DNA of 64,000 nucleotides from Geopsychrobacteraceae bacterium (GTDB taxonomy: Bacteria > Desulfobacterota > Desulfuromonadia > Desulfuromonadales > Geopsychrobacteraceae), in NCBI GenBank assembly GCA_963662315.1, contig OY759353.1:2592001-2656000 (forward strand). Direction: 5' to 3'. The notes beneath the pieces are model-generated. The model was not told the origin of the DNA. It worked only from the letters and a program-made list of their open reading frames with translations, and did no database searches. Position 1 is the stretch's first letter, and each line of letters begins with the position of its first letter. This document shows positions 20,484 through 31,769 of this stretch, piece after piece. Position numbers and translations under genes: made by a program.

Positions 20484-21092
20484 TCAGTCATCAGCCAAAG
20501 CTCCCCAGCGCTTGAACAGGGCATGCTCAACGCCAAGACCATCAAGAGCTTTTCCAACGACAAAGTTCACCAGGTCATCAATTGTCTGAGGTTGTTGATA
20601 AAAAGCCGGCATGGCCGGCAGAATCTGCGCTCCGGCATCAGTCAGGCGCAGGAGAGTTTCCAGATGAATGCGGTTGAACGGGGTTTCACGCGGGACCAGT
20701 AGCAGTTGCCTACGCTCTTTAAGGGCGACATCTGCAACCCGTTCCAGCAGGTTACCGGACAGCCCAGCAGCGATGCGCCCCGCGCTGCCCATGGAGCAGG
20801 GACAGATCACCACAGCATCAGGGGCACTGGAGCCACTGGCGACCGGGGCAAAGAAATCATCCTGAGCGTAGTAGCTGAGATTATCCTGGCCACCAAAGTA
20901 GGTATTTAGTTGAGCCCGACATTGCTGCACATCTTCAGCCAGTTTCAAATCCGTTTCAAAAGCTGCCACCTGGCGACCGGCGGTAGTCACTAAGAGCGTG
21001 ACTTTATGCTGAGCACGCACCAGTTCTGCTACCAGGCGCAGGCCGTAGATTGATCCGGAGGCTCCGGTTATGCCGACGACGATGTTTTTCAT
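20484..21092 (-). CDS. ubiX: Flavin prenyltransferase UbiX family
   Basis: VVGITGASG, ASGS, RVADVALKERR, PRETP; start moved to ATG 21092. Confidence 0.93.
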   Translation of the reverse strand: MKNIVVGITGASGSIYGLRLVAELVRAQHKVTLLVTTAGRQVAAFETDLKLAEDVQQCRAQLNTYFGGQDNLSYYAQDDFFAPVASGSSAPDAVVICPCSMGSAGRIAAGLSGNLLERVADVALKERRQLLLVPRETPFNRIHLETLLRLTDAGAQILPAMPAFYQQPQTIDDLVNFVVGKALDGLGVEHALFKRWGALADD

Positions 21093-21137
21093 CGTATCCT
21101 TTTTAATATGGTTCAAAAGGTTTAAACCTTTAACCCC

Positions 21138-21308
21138 GCGGGGATGCGGCCCCGCACGCCGCCTTCCTTTTGACCAGGGCAACAAAAGGAAGCAAAAATG
21201 CCCTTTTAAAATAACTGACGAAACTTTAGCATTTCATGTTTACCTGTTTCAGCCAGCGAAAAACTAGCCGCCCGACGATGAGCAAGCTCATCCACGGGCA
21301 AAACCGCA
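21138..21308. repeat. Multi-hairpin intergenic element, copy B
   Basis: Same architecture as 14838-15012 with compensatory stem changes. Confidence 0.65.
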
Positions 21309-21340
21309 GTAACACCTTGGCAGGTTTTACTGCACAATTT

Positions 21341-22216
21341 TCACACTAGCGCATCAATCAGGGTGAAGACAAAAATTGTCACGCTGATATAGCCGTTCAT
21401 ATTAAAAAACGCCGCGTCGAGCCGCGACAGATCATCCGCTTTGACCAGGCGATGCTCGTAAACCAGCAGCAGAGCAACCACGACGACACCGGCAAAATAG
21501 ATCCAGCCGAGGCCACTACCGATCATCACCAGCAGCAGCAACACGACCATCACACTGTGAAAAATGCGCACCAGCTTGATCGCTTTTTCTTTACCCAAGC
21601 GTGACGGGACTGAATGCAGCCCTTTTTTCACGTCATAATCATAATCCTGCAAAGCGTAAAAAATATCAAACCCTGCGACCCAGAACAGGACCGCCAGCCC
21701 CAGAGCGATGACAGACCAGCCCAGGTCACCACGCAACGCGATCCAGGCACCGATGGGAGCAACCCCCAGGCAGATCCCCAGCACCACGTGAGCATAATGG
21801 GTGAAGCGCTTGCAATAAGCATAAAGCACGAAGAGTCCAACCACGATCGGCGCCAGGGCAAAACATAACGGGTTGAGCATCCAGGCCGCAAAAAAGAATA
21901 CGATCAGGGCAACCAGGATAAAGACGACCGCCTCAAGGACGCTGACCGTCCCCGCCGGGATATGCCGCTCCGCCGTGCGCGGGTTTTCCGCATCGATCTT
22001 GGCATCAATCAGGCGGTTAAGCCCCATGGCCGCTGTACGCGCCCCGACCATGGCCAGACAGATCCAGACAATCTGAAAAAATCCGGGGGGTGCCCCGCTC
22101 GCCAAAGAGGCCAGCACCACACCCATAAGGGCGAAAGGAAAGGCAAAAATCGTATGAGAGAATTTAATCATCTCCAGCAGTGTTTTTACTTTTGTGTACA
22201 GCTGCTCTTTATTCAT
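21341..22216 (-). CDS. UbiA-family polyprenyltransferase (MqnP-like)
   Basis: IKFSHTIFAFPF, NRLIDAKIDAENPRT, GFDIFYALQD; start moved to ATG 22216. Confidence 0.9.
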   Translation of the reverse strand: MNKEQLYTKVKTLLEMIKFSHTIFAFPFALMGVVLASLASGAPPGFFQIVWICLAMVGARTAAMGLNRLIDAKIDAENPRTAERHIPAGTVSVLEAVVFILVALIVFFFAAWMLNPLCFALAPIVVGLFVLYAYCKRFTHYAHVVLGICLGVAPIGAWIALRGDLGWSVIALGLAVLFWVAGFDIFYALQDYDYDVKKGLHSVPSRLGKEKAIKLVRIFHSVMVVLLLLVMIGSGLGWIYFAGVVVVALLLVYEHRLVKADDLSRLDAAFFNMNGYISVTIFVFTLIDALV

Positions 22217-22381
22217 GATTATTACATACCCTGTAAGTGGGAGAAAATACGGTTCTGCCGGACAAAAACCCAAAAACCCTGAAAGCAAAAATGAAAGGCA
22301 TAATCTACACCCGAGCATAACTTGTCACAAGGGCTTTTCAGTGATTTGTTTAATGCTGCAGCTCTGGTATGATTCCCCACT

Positions 22382-22837
22382 ATGACTGAACTGTTCCAGA
22401 ACTATGACCTGTTTACTCTGTTCATTGTCAGCTTTCTTGCGGCGACCCTGCTCCCCCTCGGATCAGAATGGCTGCTTGTGGCCATGGCGCTTAATGGCAG
22501 CAACCCGCTGGCAAGTGTTATTGTCGCGACCTGTGGCAACAGCCTGGGCGCCGGCACCAATTACCTGATCGGGCGTTGCGGCGGAGACTGGCTGAACAGG
22601 AAACTGCTGCATATTAAACCTCAGCGTCTGGAACAAGCACGCAACTGGTTTAACCGCTACGGCAGTTGGGCCCTGCTGCTCTCCTGGCTGCCGGTCATTG
22701 GCGACCCATTGTGCCTGGTCAGCGGTATGCTCAGGACACCGCTGCTGCGTTTCAGCCTGCTGGTTATCTGCGGCAAGGGACTACGCTATAGCGGTTTGAT
22801 GCTGGCGACCATTGAAGGAAGTAAACTTTTCACCTGA
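22382..22837 (+). CDS. YqaA/DedA-family membrane protein
   Basis: SFLAATLLPLGSE, LLSWLPVIGDPL. Confidence 0.9.
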   Translation: MTELFQNYDLFTLFIVSFLAATLLPLGSEWLLVAMALNGSNPLASVIVATCGNSLGAGTNYLIGRCGGDWLNRKLLHIKPQRLEQARNWFNRYGSWALLLSWLPVIGDPLCLVSGMLRTPLLRFSLLVICGKGLRYSGLMLATIEGSKLFT

Positions 22838-22852
22838 TCGGGAAAGCGACGG

Positions 22853-24013
22853 ATGAAACTCTACACACCAGCCTTTGCAGCGCTGTTTCTGGCCAATCTG
22901 ACCATGGTTTCGAGCTTCTCGAGCTTTTTTCTGTTCCCTCTATATATTACTGATTTCGGCGGTGATGACCGCGACATCGGTATTATCATGGGTGCCTTTG
23001 CCATGGCCTCGGCATTCAGCAGACCTTGGGTTGCCGACATGATCGACCGCATTGGTCGTAAGCGCAGCTATACCATAGGCACCGTCATTATGGCCATTAT
23101 GCCCCTGGTCCATTTGCTGCTGATGGGACCCATCTCCGCGAATTACCTGATCCTGCTTTTAGCGCGCATCGTTCATGGTATCGGCCTGGCGATCTGCTTT
23201 ACGGCCATATTCACCTTTATTATCGACCTGATCCCCCTGGCCCGGCTTAACGAGGGGATTGGCATCTTCGGCACATCGGGATTGGTTGGCATGGCCATCG
23301 GCCCGATGGTTACCGAACCGATTCTGAGAGGGTTCGGCTATCCGGCGTTTTTCATGACAGCGGCACTCTTCTCTGTTCTGGCTCTTCTGCTGCACCTGCC
23401 CGTGCATGATCCCTATCAGGATCAGAAGCGTCAACAACCGCCTGAGGCCCACCAAGCGGCACCCTCCTTTTTTGCACTATTGAAAACCCGCAAACACCTG
23501 GTCTGTGGTAGCCTGGCCTTGATTTTTGGCATTGGCCTGGCAGCCAGCAGTAATTTTATCGCCCCGCTGGCTGAATCGCGTTCATTGAGCTATGTTTCGC
23601 TCTACTATCTGGCCTATTCCGTTGCAGCGGTCCTGGTAAGACTGGTTGGTGGGAAACTGGGAGATCGCATTGGCGAAAAACAGATCGTTCCCTGGGGACT
23701 GTTCCTGGGCGCCCTGGCCCTGCTGATGTGCCCGTTTATCAGCAACAATGCGATCCTGCTTGGGATCGGTTTTATCTTCGGGACCGGGCACGGGCTCCTG
23801 TTCCCAGCCCTCAACGCCATGGCAATTCGTGGCGAGCCCTATGCGGTTCGCGGCAAGGTAACCGGTATCTTCACCGGGGGCATTGACTGCGGATCTTTCC
23901 TCGGTGCCATGGTCCTTGGCGTTATTGCTCATAGCGCCGGCTATAATGTCCTTTTTCTATGCGCCGGCTTGGCCCTGCTCAGTGGCTTGCTGATCTTTCG
24001 ATTTCGCACTTAA
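22853..24013 (+). CDS. MFS transporter
   Basis: About 12 hydrophobic segments, DRIGRK and DRIGEK motif A. Confidence 0.9.
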   Translation: MKLYTPAFAALFLANLTMVSSFSSFFLFPLYITDFGGDDRDIGIIMGAFAMASAFSRPWVADMIDRIGRKRSYTIGTVIMAIMPLVHLLLMGPISANYLILLLARIVHGIGLAICFTAIFTFIIDLIPLARLNEGIGIFGTSGLVGMAIGPMVTEPILRGFGYPAFFMTAALFSVLALLLHLPVHDPYQDQKRQQPPEAHQAAPSFFALLKTRKHLVCGSLALIFGIGLAASSNFIAPLAESRSLSYVSLYYLAYSVAAVLVRLVGGKLGDRIGEKQIVPWGLFLGALALLMCPFISNNAILLGIGFIFGTGHGLLFPALNAMAIRGEPYAVRGKVTGIFTGGIDCGSFLGAMVLGVIAHSAGYNVLFLCAGLALLSGLLIFRFRT

Positions 24014-24250
24014 GCAGAAACGCCACAACTATCTCAAAGCAGTCCCCATCGATTCTCCATGTCTCACCAGAATAATAGGTTTTGGTTTCATCGGCTATTT
24101 CCCTTTTCAGTTAAAAAAATTTTCTTTTAGAAAAAATATCCGTCCAGTTAGCCAACTAAGTTAACCGATAAACACCCGAAGAGAGCTTATTTATATCCAA
24201 TGGAGCTGTTTAATTATTCGATCTAACAACGGAATATCTCAAAAAACATC

Positions 24251-24279
24251 TTGACAATTAATCACAATTAATGTGAAAT
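24251..24279 (+). promoter_or_regulatory. Conserved promoter-like block upstream of MCP 1
   Basis: TTGACAATTAA.C..A..TAATGTGAAAT shared with 26793-26821. Confidence 0.55.
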
Positions 24280-24322
24280 AGCCAACGATATTGCTGCCAA
24301 CAGGAGGAGGTTCTAACCTGCC

Positions 24323-26497
24323 ATGAAATCATTATCCTTAAGAAACCGTATTCTGCTGCCCATTATTGCCCTGATCGTCATCGGCATGGGAACATCTGCC
24401 ATACTGTCGACCCAGGCCACCTCAAAAATTGTTCAGAGTACCATCACCAATCAATTGGAAATTCTGACCAATAATATTGAAACCCAGATATCGACGTGGA
24501 TAACAGACCTGCGTGCAGACCTGAAGACGTTATCCGAAACCGAGACCTATTCTGACTGCCTCATGAACCAGGGCCTTGGCAGCGATTATTATGTTGAACT
24601 TGCCAATCAAAAGTTGGCCGCCTACAAAGAACGTTACCCACTTTACGACTCTTTAGTCCTGCTCAATGAATCAGGCGTAGCTGTTGCCTCATCAGATCCC
24701 TCCCTGATTGGTAAACTCGACCTTCATGATCGTTCTTATTTCAAAGATGCTATGAGTGGAAAAGCGGCGCTCAGCGATACAGCAAAAAGTCGCGCAACAG
24801 GTCAGCCTATTTTCGTTATTGCTGAGCCGGTTAGCGTTTTCGATAAAATTCAGGGGGTTATGCTCGGCGCGATTGAAATGGCGCGCTTTTCTAAAGAATT
24901 TATTCTGCCCGTCAAAATTGGTGAAGAAGGTTATGCCTACATGACCGACCGAACCGGCGTAGTTTCGGCCCACCCCAAAGACGATGTCATTCTGAAAGTC
25001 AACTTAAACGATACGCCGTGGGGTAAACAGATCTTGGCCCAACAGAACGGCACACTTCACTATGAATATGAAGATGTCACGAAATTGGCAATTTTCCGTA
25101 CCGAACCGTCCACGGGCTGGGTCGTTGTGGCAGGAGCCTCAGAGGAGGATGTTTATGGCGCTCTGGACAAAGTCAACATCAACAACACCATCATCGGGAT
25201 AGTTATTGTTGTCATTCTGATTATCGTCATTATGTTTCTGGTGCGTCCGATCGTCTCAGCGCTTGGCAAAGGGGTCAAGTTCGCCGAAGAGATTAAATCC
25301 GGCGATTTATCCGGCCGTCTACGCCTGGATCGTGGTGACGAAATAGGTCAACTTGGCAATGCCCTGGACAGCATGGCCGACAGCTTGCAACAGCGTGCTG
25401 AGATCGCTGAGGCTATCGCACAAGGCGATCTGACCCAGGAAGTTAAACTGATGTCGGATAAAGACGTGCTCGGGCGTGCACTCCAAGGTATGACAGAAAA
25501 ACTGAATGACATTATCTCACAGATCAATGCCGCCAGTGAGCAGATCGACTCCGGAGCCAGCCAAGTGTCCGATTCGGCGCAGGACCTGTCGCAGGGCGCC
25601 ACTGAACAAGCCGCCTCCATTGAAGAAATTGGTGCCAGCCTGAATGAACTTTCCGGCAGAACCCATGAAAACGCCCAGAACGCACAAACCGCCAATCAGC
25701 TGGCCATCACGGCCCGCGATGCAGCGAATAGCGGCAGCATTCACATGCAGGATATGGTCACGGCCATGGAAGATATTAATCAGTCAGGCCAGAGCATCAG
25801 TAAAATTATTAAAACCATCGATGAAATCGCTTTCCAGACCAACCTTCTGGCTCTGAACGCCGCAGTCGAAGCCGCCCGTGCCGGTCAACAGGGTAAAGGG
25901 TTTGCTGTCGTTGCCGAAGAGGTTCGCAATCTGGCCGCGCGCAGTGCCAAAGCGGCACAGGAAACCGCCGAACTGATCGAGGGAACCGTGGCTAAAGGGA
26001 AAAACGGGACTGAAATAGCCAACCGTACCGCTAACGCTTTGACTGAAATCGTTGAGGGTATTGGTAAAACGGCCGATCTGGTTGGGGAGATTGCCGCCTC
26101 TTCCACAGAGCAGGCCGATGGCATCAATCAGGTCAATGAAGGGGTCAGCCAGATCGATCAGGTGATCCAGCGCAATACGGCAGGGGCCGAGGAAGGCGCC
26201 GCTGCAGCAGAAGAGCTGTCGAGCCAGTCCGCCTATATGCGTGACATTCTCAGTCAGTTCAGGTTACGCGGACAGGCACAAAGATCCGCGCCGATAGCCA
26301 GCAGAGCAACAATACCAGAAAAGACTCGGGCAATTCCTGCCAAGACAGTATCCACCCAACCTGCTAAGCTTGCAAAACCTACCCTACCAGCGCCAGCAGC
26401 GCCAAGAGGAGATCAGGCAGCAACGGGCTGGGACTCCATAGGCAAAGCCAGCAAACCAGTCATTGCTCTTGACGATGATGAGTTTGGCAAATATTGA
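24323..26497 (+). CDS. Methyl-accepting chemotaxis protein (dCache-like sensor, HAMP)
   Basis: Two TMs, [20 protein letters not shown] hairpin, C-terminal EFGKY. Confidence 0.96.
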   Translation: MKSLSLRNRILLPIIALIVIGMGTSAILSTQATSKIVQSTITNQLEILTNNIETQISTWITDLRADLKTLSETETYSDCLMNQGLGSDYYVELANQKLAAYKERYPLYDSLVLLNESGVAVASSDPSLIGKLDLHDRSYFKDAMSGKAALSDTAKSRATGQPIFVIAEPVSVFDKIQGVMLGAIEMARFSKEFILPVKIGEEGYAYMTDRTGVVSAHPKDDVILKVNLNDTPWGKQILAQQNGTLHYEYEDVTKLAIFRTEPSTGWVVVAGASEEDVYGALDKVNINNTIIGIVIVVILIIVIMFLVRPIVSALGKGVKFAEEIKSGDLSGRLRLDRGDEIGQLGNALDSMADSLQQRAEIAEAIAQGDLTQEVKLMSDKDVLGRALQGMTEKLNDIISQINAASEQIDSGASQVSDSAQDLSQGATEQAASIEEIGASLNELSGRTHENAQNAQTANQLAITARDAANSGSIHMQDMVTAMEDINQSGQSISKIIKTIDEIAFQTNLLALNAAVEAARAGQQGKGFAVVAEEVRNLAARSAKAAQETAELIEGTVAKGKNGTEIANRTANALTEIVEGIGKTADLVGEIAASSTEQADGINQVNEGVSQIDQVIQRNTAGAEEGAAAAEELSSQSAYMRDILSQFRLRGQAQRSAPIASRATIPEKTRAIPAKTVSTQPAKLAKPTLPAPAAPRGDQAATGWDSIGKASKPVIALDDDEFGKY

Positions 26498-26518
26498 GAA
26501 TAATAGAATGATCTGCTT

Positions 26519-26555
26519 TTCACCCAGAAAGCTTATTCATAGCTTTCTGGGTGAA
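26519..26555 (+). terminator. Terminator hairpin
   Basis: TTCACCCAGAAAGCT...AGCTTTCTGGGTGAA. Confidence 0.7.
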
Positions 26556-26792
26556 GGCTAGCTTTTGATTTTTCTACGTTTCCCCTTCACAAAGGTAGTC
26601 TTTGCCCACTGACATAACGTCGCCTCAACTAAAACCTTTGCAAGCACCACTATATTTCCAGCCTTCTGCTTGCAATGATCAAAAATAGAAGACTAAAAAG
26701 CTTCCCTATCCGCACCTAAAAATCACTTATAAATAGTGCATTTTAGCAATATTTCAAAATCAAACAGCAACCAATAAAAAAACAGAAAAACC

Positions 26793-26821
26793 TTGACAAT
26801 TAACCGTAGCTAATGTGAAAT
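26793..26821 (+). promoter_or_regulatory. Conserved promoter-like block upstream of MCP 2
   Basis: Matches 24251-24279. Confidence 0.55.
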
Positions 26822-26864
26822 TCCAAACCCTAATCCACATCCTACCTGGAGGTTTTACAAGCTC

Positions 26865-29021
26865 ATGAAAACGTTATCTTTACGAAGCCGTATCCTATTA
26901 CCCATTATTGCTCTGCTCATCATCGGCATGGGAACAGCTGCGACATTATCTAACCGCGCGACATCTACTATTGTTCAAAATATAATCACAACGGATCTGG
27001 AACTACTGGCACAGAACCTAACCACCCAGGTTTCCAGCTGGGTGGCAGATCTTCAGGCAGATTTGCAAACCATGACCAAATCGGAAATATACCTTGACTG
27101 CCTATTGAACCAGGATCTCGCTAGCTATCCATATTACGCCGACAGTGCTAATTCAAGCTTTGCCGAATTTGCAAAACGTTACGGCCTCTACGACTCTCTG
27201 GCACTGATCAATAAATCTGGGAAAGCCGTAGCGTCCTCTGATCCAAACCTGATTGGAAAATTAGATATTCACGACCGGGACTATTTTATAAAAGCCATTA
27301 ATGGCCAAGGCGCCATCAGCAATACGGTTAAAAGTCGAGCCACGGGACATCCGATTTTTGTCCTGGCCGAACCGATTAAAGTTAATAACGAAGTTGTCGG
27401 TGTCATTTTAGGTGCCATTGAAATGACACGTTTTTCAGAAAAGTTCATATTACCCATCAAAATTGGCGACCATGGATATGCGTACATGACAGATGCCGCT
27501 GGTGTTATGTCAGCCCACCCCAACCCTGAAGCTATCTTGAAATTCAATTTAAATGACTACGACTGGAGTAAAGAGATCCTGACCCGAAAAAACGGGCACA
27601 TGGAATATGACTTCCAGGGCGTCGACAAAATCGCCGTATTTAGAACCGATCCTGCCACTGGCTGGACAATTGTTATTGGCGCGTCAAAGGACGATGTTTT
27701 TTCAGGTATTCACAAAGCCAACCGCAATAATTCAGGTATTGGTCTGATTACTGTCGTTATTCTTGCACTGGTCATTGTTTTCCTGGTTCGACCTATTGTC
27801 AACAGTATGAAAACAGCTATCGCGTTTGCCAAGGAAATCCAGGAAGGTGAGTTATCAGACAGGCTAGCATTTACCAGGAGGGATGAAATCGGTCAGCTTG
27901 GCAATGCCCTGGACAGCATGGCCGACAGCCTGCAGCAACGCGCTGAGATCGCTGAGGCTATCGCACACGGCGATCTGACCCAGGAAGTTAAACTGATGTC
28001 GGATAAAGACGTGCTCGGGCGTGCACTCCAAGGTATGACCGAAAAACTGAATGACATTATCTCACAGATCAATGCCGCCAGTGAGCAGATCGATTCCGGT
28101 GCCGGCCAGGTTTCCGATTCGGCCCAGGACCTGTCTCAGGGCGCCACTCAACAAGCCGCGTCCATTGAAGAAATTGGTGCCAGCCTGAATGAACTGTCCG
28201 GAAGAACCCATGAAAACGCCCAGAACGCACAAACCGCCAATCAGCTGGCCATCACGGCCCGCGATGCAGCGAATAGCGGCAGCATTCACATGCAGGATAT
28301 GGTCACGGCCATGGAAGATATTAATCAGTCAGGCCAGAGCATCAGTAAAATTATTAAAACCATCGATGAAATCGCTTTCCAGACCAACCTTCTGGCTCTG
28401 AACGCCGCAGTCGAAGCCGCCCGTGCCGGTCAACAGGGTAAAGGGTTTGCTGTCGTTGCCGAAGAGGTTCGCAATCTGGCCGCGCGCAGTGCCAAAGCGG
28501 CACAGGAAACCGCCGAACTGATCGAGGGAACCGTGGCTAAAGGGAAAAACGGGACTGAAATAGCCAACCGTACCGCCAACGCTTTGACTGAAATCGTTGA
28601 GGGTATCGGTAAAACGGCCGATCTGGTTGGGGAGATTGCCGCCTCTTCCACAGAGCAGGCCGATGGCATCAACCAGGTCAATGAAGGGGTCAGCCAGATC
28701 GATCAGGTGATCCAGCGCAATACGGCAGGGGCCGAGGAAGGCGCCGCTGCAGCAGAAGAGCTGTCGAGCCAGTCCGCCTATATGCGTGACATTCTCAGTC
28801 AGTTCAAGTTACGCGGACAAGCCAAGAGGATGCCTGACGCAACCAAAAGCCCAGCACAGAGACCAGTACCGTCAATTCCAACCAGGGCCACTTTAGCAGC
28901 AGCCCCCAAGCCAATCCTGGCATCACAGAAGAAACACCAGGGAACGACAGGTTGGGACACCATGGGAAAAACAAATAAACCGGTTATTGCCCTCGATGAT
29001 GAGGAGTTTGGTAAATATTAA
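26865..29021 (+). CDS. Methyl-accepting chemotaxis protein (paralog 2)
   Basis: Same architecture, C-terminal EFGKY. Confidence 0.96.
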   Translation: MKTLSLRSRILLPIIALLIIGMGTAATLSNRATSTIVQNIITTDLELLAQNLTTQVSSWVADLQADLQTMTKSEIYLDCLLNQDLASYPYYADSANSSFAEFAKRYGLYDSLALINKSGKAVASSDPNLIGKLDIHDRDYFIKAINGQGAISNTVKSRATGHPIFVLAEPIKVNNEVVGVILGAIEMTRFSEKFILPIKIGDHGYAYMTDAAGVMSAHPNPEAILKFNLNDYDWSKEILTRKNGHMEYDFQGVDKIAVFRTDPATGWTIVIGASKDDVFSGIHKANRNNSGIGLITVVILALVIVFLVRPIVNSMKTAIAFAKEIQEGELSDRLAFTRRDEIGQLGNALDSMADSLQQRAEIAEAIAHGDLTQEVKLMSDKDVLGRALQGMTEKLNDIISQINAASEQIDSGAGQVSDSAQDLSQGATQQAASIEEIGASLNELSGRTHENAQNAQTANQLAITARDAANSGSIHMQDMVTAMEDINQSGQSISKIIKTIDEIAFQTNLLALNAAVEAARAGQQGKGFAVVAEEVRNLAARSAKAAQETAELIEGTVAKGKNGTEIANRTANALTEIVEGIGKTADLVGEIAASSTEQADGINQVNEGVSQIDQVIQRNTAGAEEGAAAAEELSSQSAYMRDILSQFKLRGQAKRMPDATKSPAQRPVPSIPTRATLAAAPKPILASQKKHQGTTGWDTMGKTNKPVIALDDEEFGKY

Positions 29022-29190
29022 ACCTTATTTGGATATCCAGTTTACTCCCGAATGGTCCTGGAAAACTTGGAACGTCCTATCAAAACGTCAGACGAGCCCA
29101 TGGATGGGTAGAAGCGTCCTAGGAAATGGGAGGTTCTAAGCCTCACCATTTTCAGTTGGGCAACCAAAATAACCACAACATCCTAAAATT

Positions 29191-29227
29191 CAGGTCTCGG
29201 AAGAGAATTCTAATTTTCCGAGACCTG
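29191..29227. terminator. Hairpin between MCP 2 and MCP 3
   Basis: CAGGTCTCGGAA...TTCCGAGACCTG. Confidence 0.6.
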
Positions 29228-29526
29228 CGGTCTTACTCCTGATTCCCAAGACTAATGTTTTTTCCGGAAGCACCACTGAAACATGCAGTAAAATTTGAGC
29301 TTGCAAGAAAAATTGCTCCTGCTATTATTGATTAAGCTTCAGCTAATTAGACAATTTTATGAAAGCGGTTGCAACTTTTCTCTAAACAGGTCTTCTGGAA
29401 AAATGATCAAGTAAATATTTGATTTTAAAGCAGTTAACCATGATTACAAAGATGGCACATTACATGCTAAAAATTTAAATTCTGACATCAATTGCATTAA
29501 TTTCTGCATCGGGGAAAGGACTTTTC

Positions 29527-31677
29527 ATGAAATCACTTTCATTACGTTACCGGATTCTACTGCCAATTATTGGCCTTATTATCGTTGGCATGTTGATCTC
29601 TGGATTTCTGTCCAGTTCTTCAACTTCTGATATTATTCGTGAAAACATTTCTTCTCAGATCGAATCAACGACCAAAAGTTTATCTGCCCAGATCAGTGCC
29701 TGGATTCAGGACCTTCAGGCCGATTTAAAAGTCCAGGCCCAGCAGGACATATTCACTAACCTCGCACTACAGGAACAACCTGATGAAACGACTACTCAGG
29801 AAACCTGTAAATACATGAAAAGTTTTATTGATCACTACACGGTCTATTCTTCTCTTGGGTTAACAGATATTAATGGAATTGTCATTGCCCATTCCAATCC
29901 CAAAGTGGTCGGACTTGACCTGTCATCCCGCGGCTATATCCAAAAAGGGTTGAAGAACCAATCAAGTATCACCGATGTTTTAAAAAGTAAGGTCACCGGC
30001 ACTCCTGTCTTTAATCTTGGCGAACCACTTAAACATAATGGCAAAATTATCGGTATTTTATACTCATCTATTGAACTGGCAAATTTTTCCGATGAATTCA
30101 TTACCCCAATCAAAATCGGTAAAGAAGGCTACGCCTATATGACCGACAAGTCAGGTGTGGTTTCTGCACATCCTAACCCGGAAATAATCCTCAATACCAA
30201 TATCAGCCAATTTGATTGGGGCAAACAGATTCTGACTCAGAAAAAAGGTCTGCTGACTTACGAATATAAGGGTATCGAGAAAATAGTCGCTTTCCAGACG
30301 GAGCCGCTAACCGGCTGGACAGTTGCTGCCGGAGCTGCAACCAGTGATATTTTCCAAGAGGTTAACGACCTGACCGCGCGCAACGCCATTATCAACAGCA
30401 TCATTGTCCTTGCCCTGATAGTTGTAATTATCCTGATTGTAAAACCCGTTACTGCGGCACTGAACAAAGGCGTCGCTTTCGCCAGAGAAATTCAGACCGG
30501 CGATCTGTCCGGCCGGCTACGCCTGATCCGCGGTGACGAAATTGGCCAGTTGGGTAACGCTCTAGACTCCATGGCTGACAGCCTGCAACAACGAGCCGGA
30601 CTTGCCGAAGCAATCGCCGCCGGCGATCTTTCCCAAGAGGTGACACTGACATCGAAAAAGGATGTTCTGGGTCACGCTTTGCGCAACATGACTGACAAAC
30701 TCAACGATATTATCGGCCAGATCAATGCCGCCAGTGAACAAATTGATTCAGGGTCCAGTCAAGTATCTGACTCAGCCCAGGACCTCTCCCAGGGAGCCAC
30801 CCAGCAAGCCGCAGCCATTGAAGAAATCAGTGCCAGCCTGAATGAACTTTCAAGCCGCACCCAAAGTAACGCCGAGAACGCTCAAACCGCCAGTCAGCTG
30901 GCAGTTACTGCACAGAATGCCGCAAATATCGGTAGCTCTCACATGCAGGAGATGATGACGGCCATGCGGGACATCAATGATTCGGGCCAAAGTATCAGTA
31001 AAATCATTAAAACAATTGACGAGATTGCCTTCCAGACCAACCTGCTGGCTCTGAACGCGGCAGTAGAAGCAGCCCGAGCCGGTCAGCACGGCAGAGGCTT
31101 TGCTATCGTTGCCGAAGAGGTCCGTAACCTGGCCGCCCGTAGTGCCAAAGCGGCCCGAGAAACAGCTGAGCTGATCGAAGGATCGGTGCAGAAAGGGGAA
31201 AACGGCACCCAAATTGCCAACCGTACTGCTGCCGCATTGGAAGAAATCGTCACTGGTATTGGCAAAACGGCCGACCTGGTGGGTGAAATTGCAGCTTCAT
31301 CAAAAGAGCAGGCCGAAGGGATTACCCAAGTCAGTGACGGCATCAACCAGATCGACCAGGTCACTCAGCGTAATACGGCAGGGGCAGAAGAAGGTGCTGC
31401 CGCTGCAGAAGAGCTGTCAAGCCAATCCGCGTACATGCGTGACATCCTTGCCCAGTTCAGGTTGCGGGGTCAGCACCGTAACAGTGCGGCTGTTTTAGAA
31501 ATTACAAAAACTGCTCGGGCGACAGTGCCACCGGAACCGGCGCAGCCAAACAAACTCGCGGCCCCAAAGGCATCGAAACCTCAGCAGACAGGATCATCTT
31601 CAGCGGGTTGGGACGCTATTGCCAAAGGAGGTAAACCAGTCATCAAACTGGATGATGACGATTTCGGCAAATATTAA
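29527..31677 (+). CDS. Methyl-accepting chemotaxis protein (paralog 3)
   Basis: Same architecture, C-terminal DFGKY. Confidence 0.96.
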   Translation: MKSLSLRYRILLPIIGLIIVGMLISGFLSSSSTSDIIRENISSQIESTTKSLSAQISAWIQDLQADLKVQAQQDIFTNLALQEQPDETTTQETCKYMKSFIDHYTVYSSLGLTDINGIVIAHSNPKVVGLDLSSRGYIQKGLKNQSSITDVLKSKVTGTPVFNLGEPLKHNGKIIGILYSSIELANFSDEFITPIKIGKEGYAYMTDKSGVVSAHPNPEIILNTNISQFDWGKQILTQKKGLLTYEYKGIEKIVAFQTEPLTGWTVAAGAATSDIFQEVNDLTARNAIINSIIVLALIVVIILIVKPVTAALNKGVAFAREIQTGDLSGRLRLIRGDEIGQLGNALDSMADSLQQRAGLAEAIAAGDLSQEVTLTSKKDVLGHALRNMTDKLNDIIGQINAASEQIDSGSSQVSDSAQDLSQGATQQAAAIEEISASLNELSSRTQSNAENAQTASQLAVTAQNAANIGSSHMQEMMTAMRDINDSGQSISKIIKTIDEIAFQTNLLALNAAVEAARAGQHGRGFAIVAEEVRNLAARSAKAARETAELIEGSVQKGENGTQIANRTAAALEEIVTGIGKTADLVGEIAASSKEQAEGITQVSDGINQIDQVTQRNTAGAEEGAAAAEELSSQSAYMRDILAQFRLRGQHRNSAAVLEITKTARATVPPEPAQPNKLAAPKASKPQQTGSSSAGWDAIAKGGKPVIKLDDDDFGKY

Positions 31678-31701
31678 TTAATAACAACAGGTTAAACGTT
31701 G

Positions 31702-31744
31702 AATAAAAATCCGGTGTTCAAAACCAGAGCACCGGATTTTTATT
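31702..31744. terminator. Bidirectional terminator
   Basis: AATAAAAATCCGGTG...CACCGGATTTTTATT between convergent genes. Confidence 0.8.
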
Positions 31745-31769
31745 GTTCTGCTTTTATTCACTAATAAGG

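Noticed and set aside
21294..21325. c-di-GMP-I riboswitch (GGGCAAA..CC resemblance)
   Set aside because: Lacks the GAAA tetraloop stem and the GACGCAAAG second motif; belongs to the repeat element
29085..29125. GCCCATGGATGGG REP-like motif
   Set aside because: Single degenerate copy in the window; cannot support a repeat call
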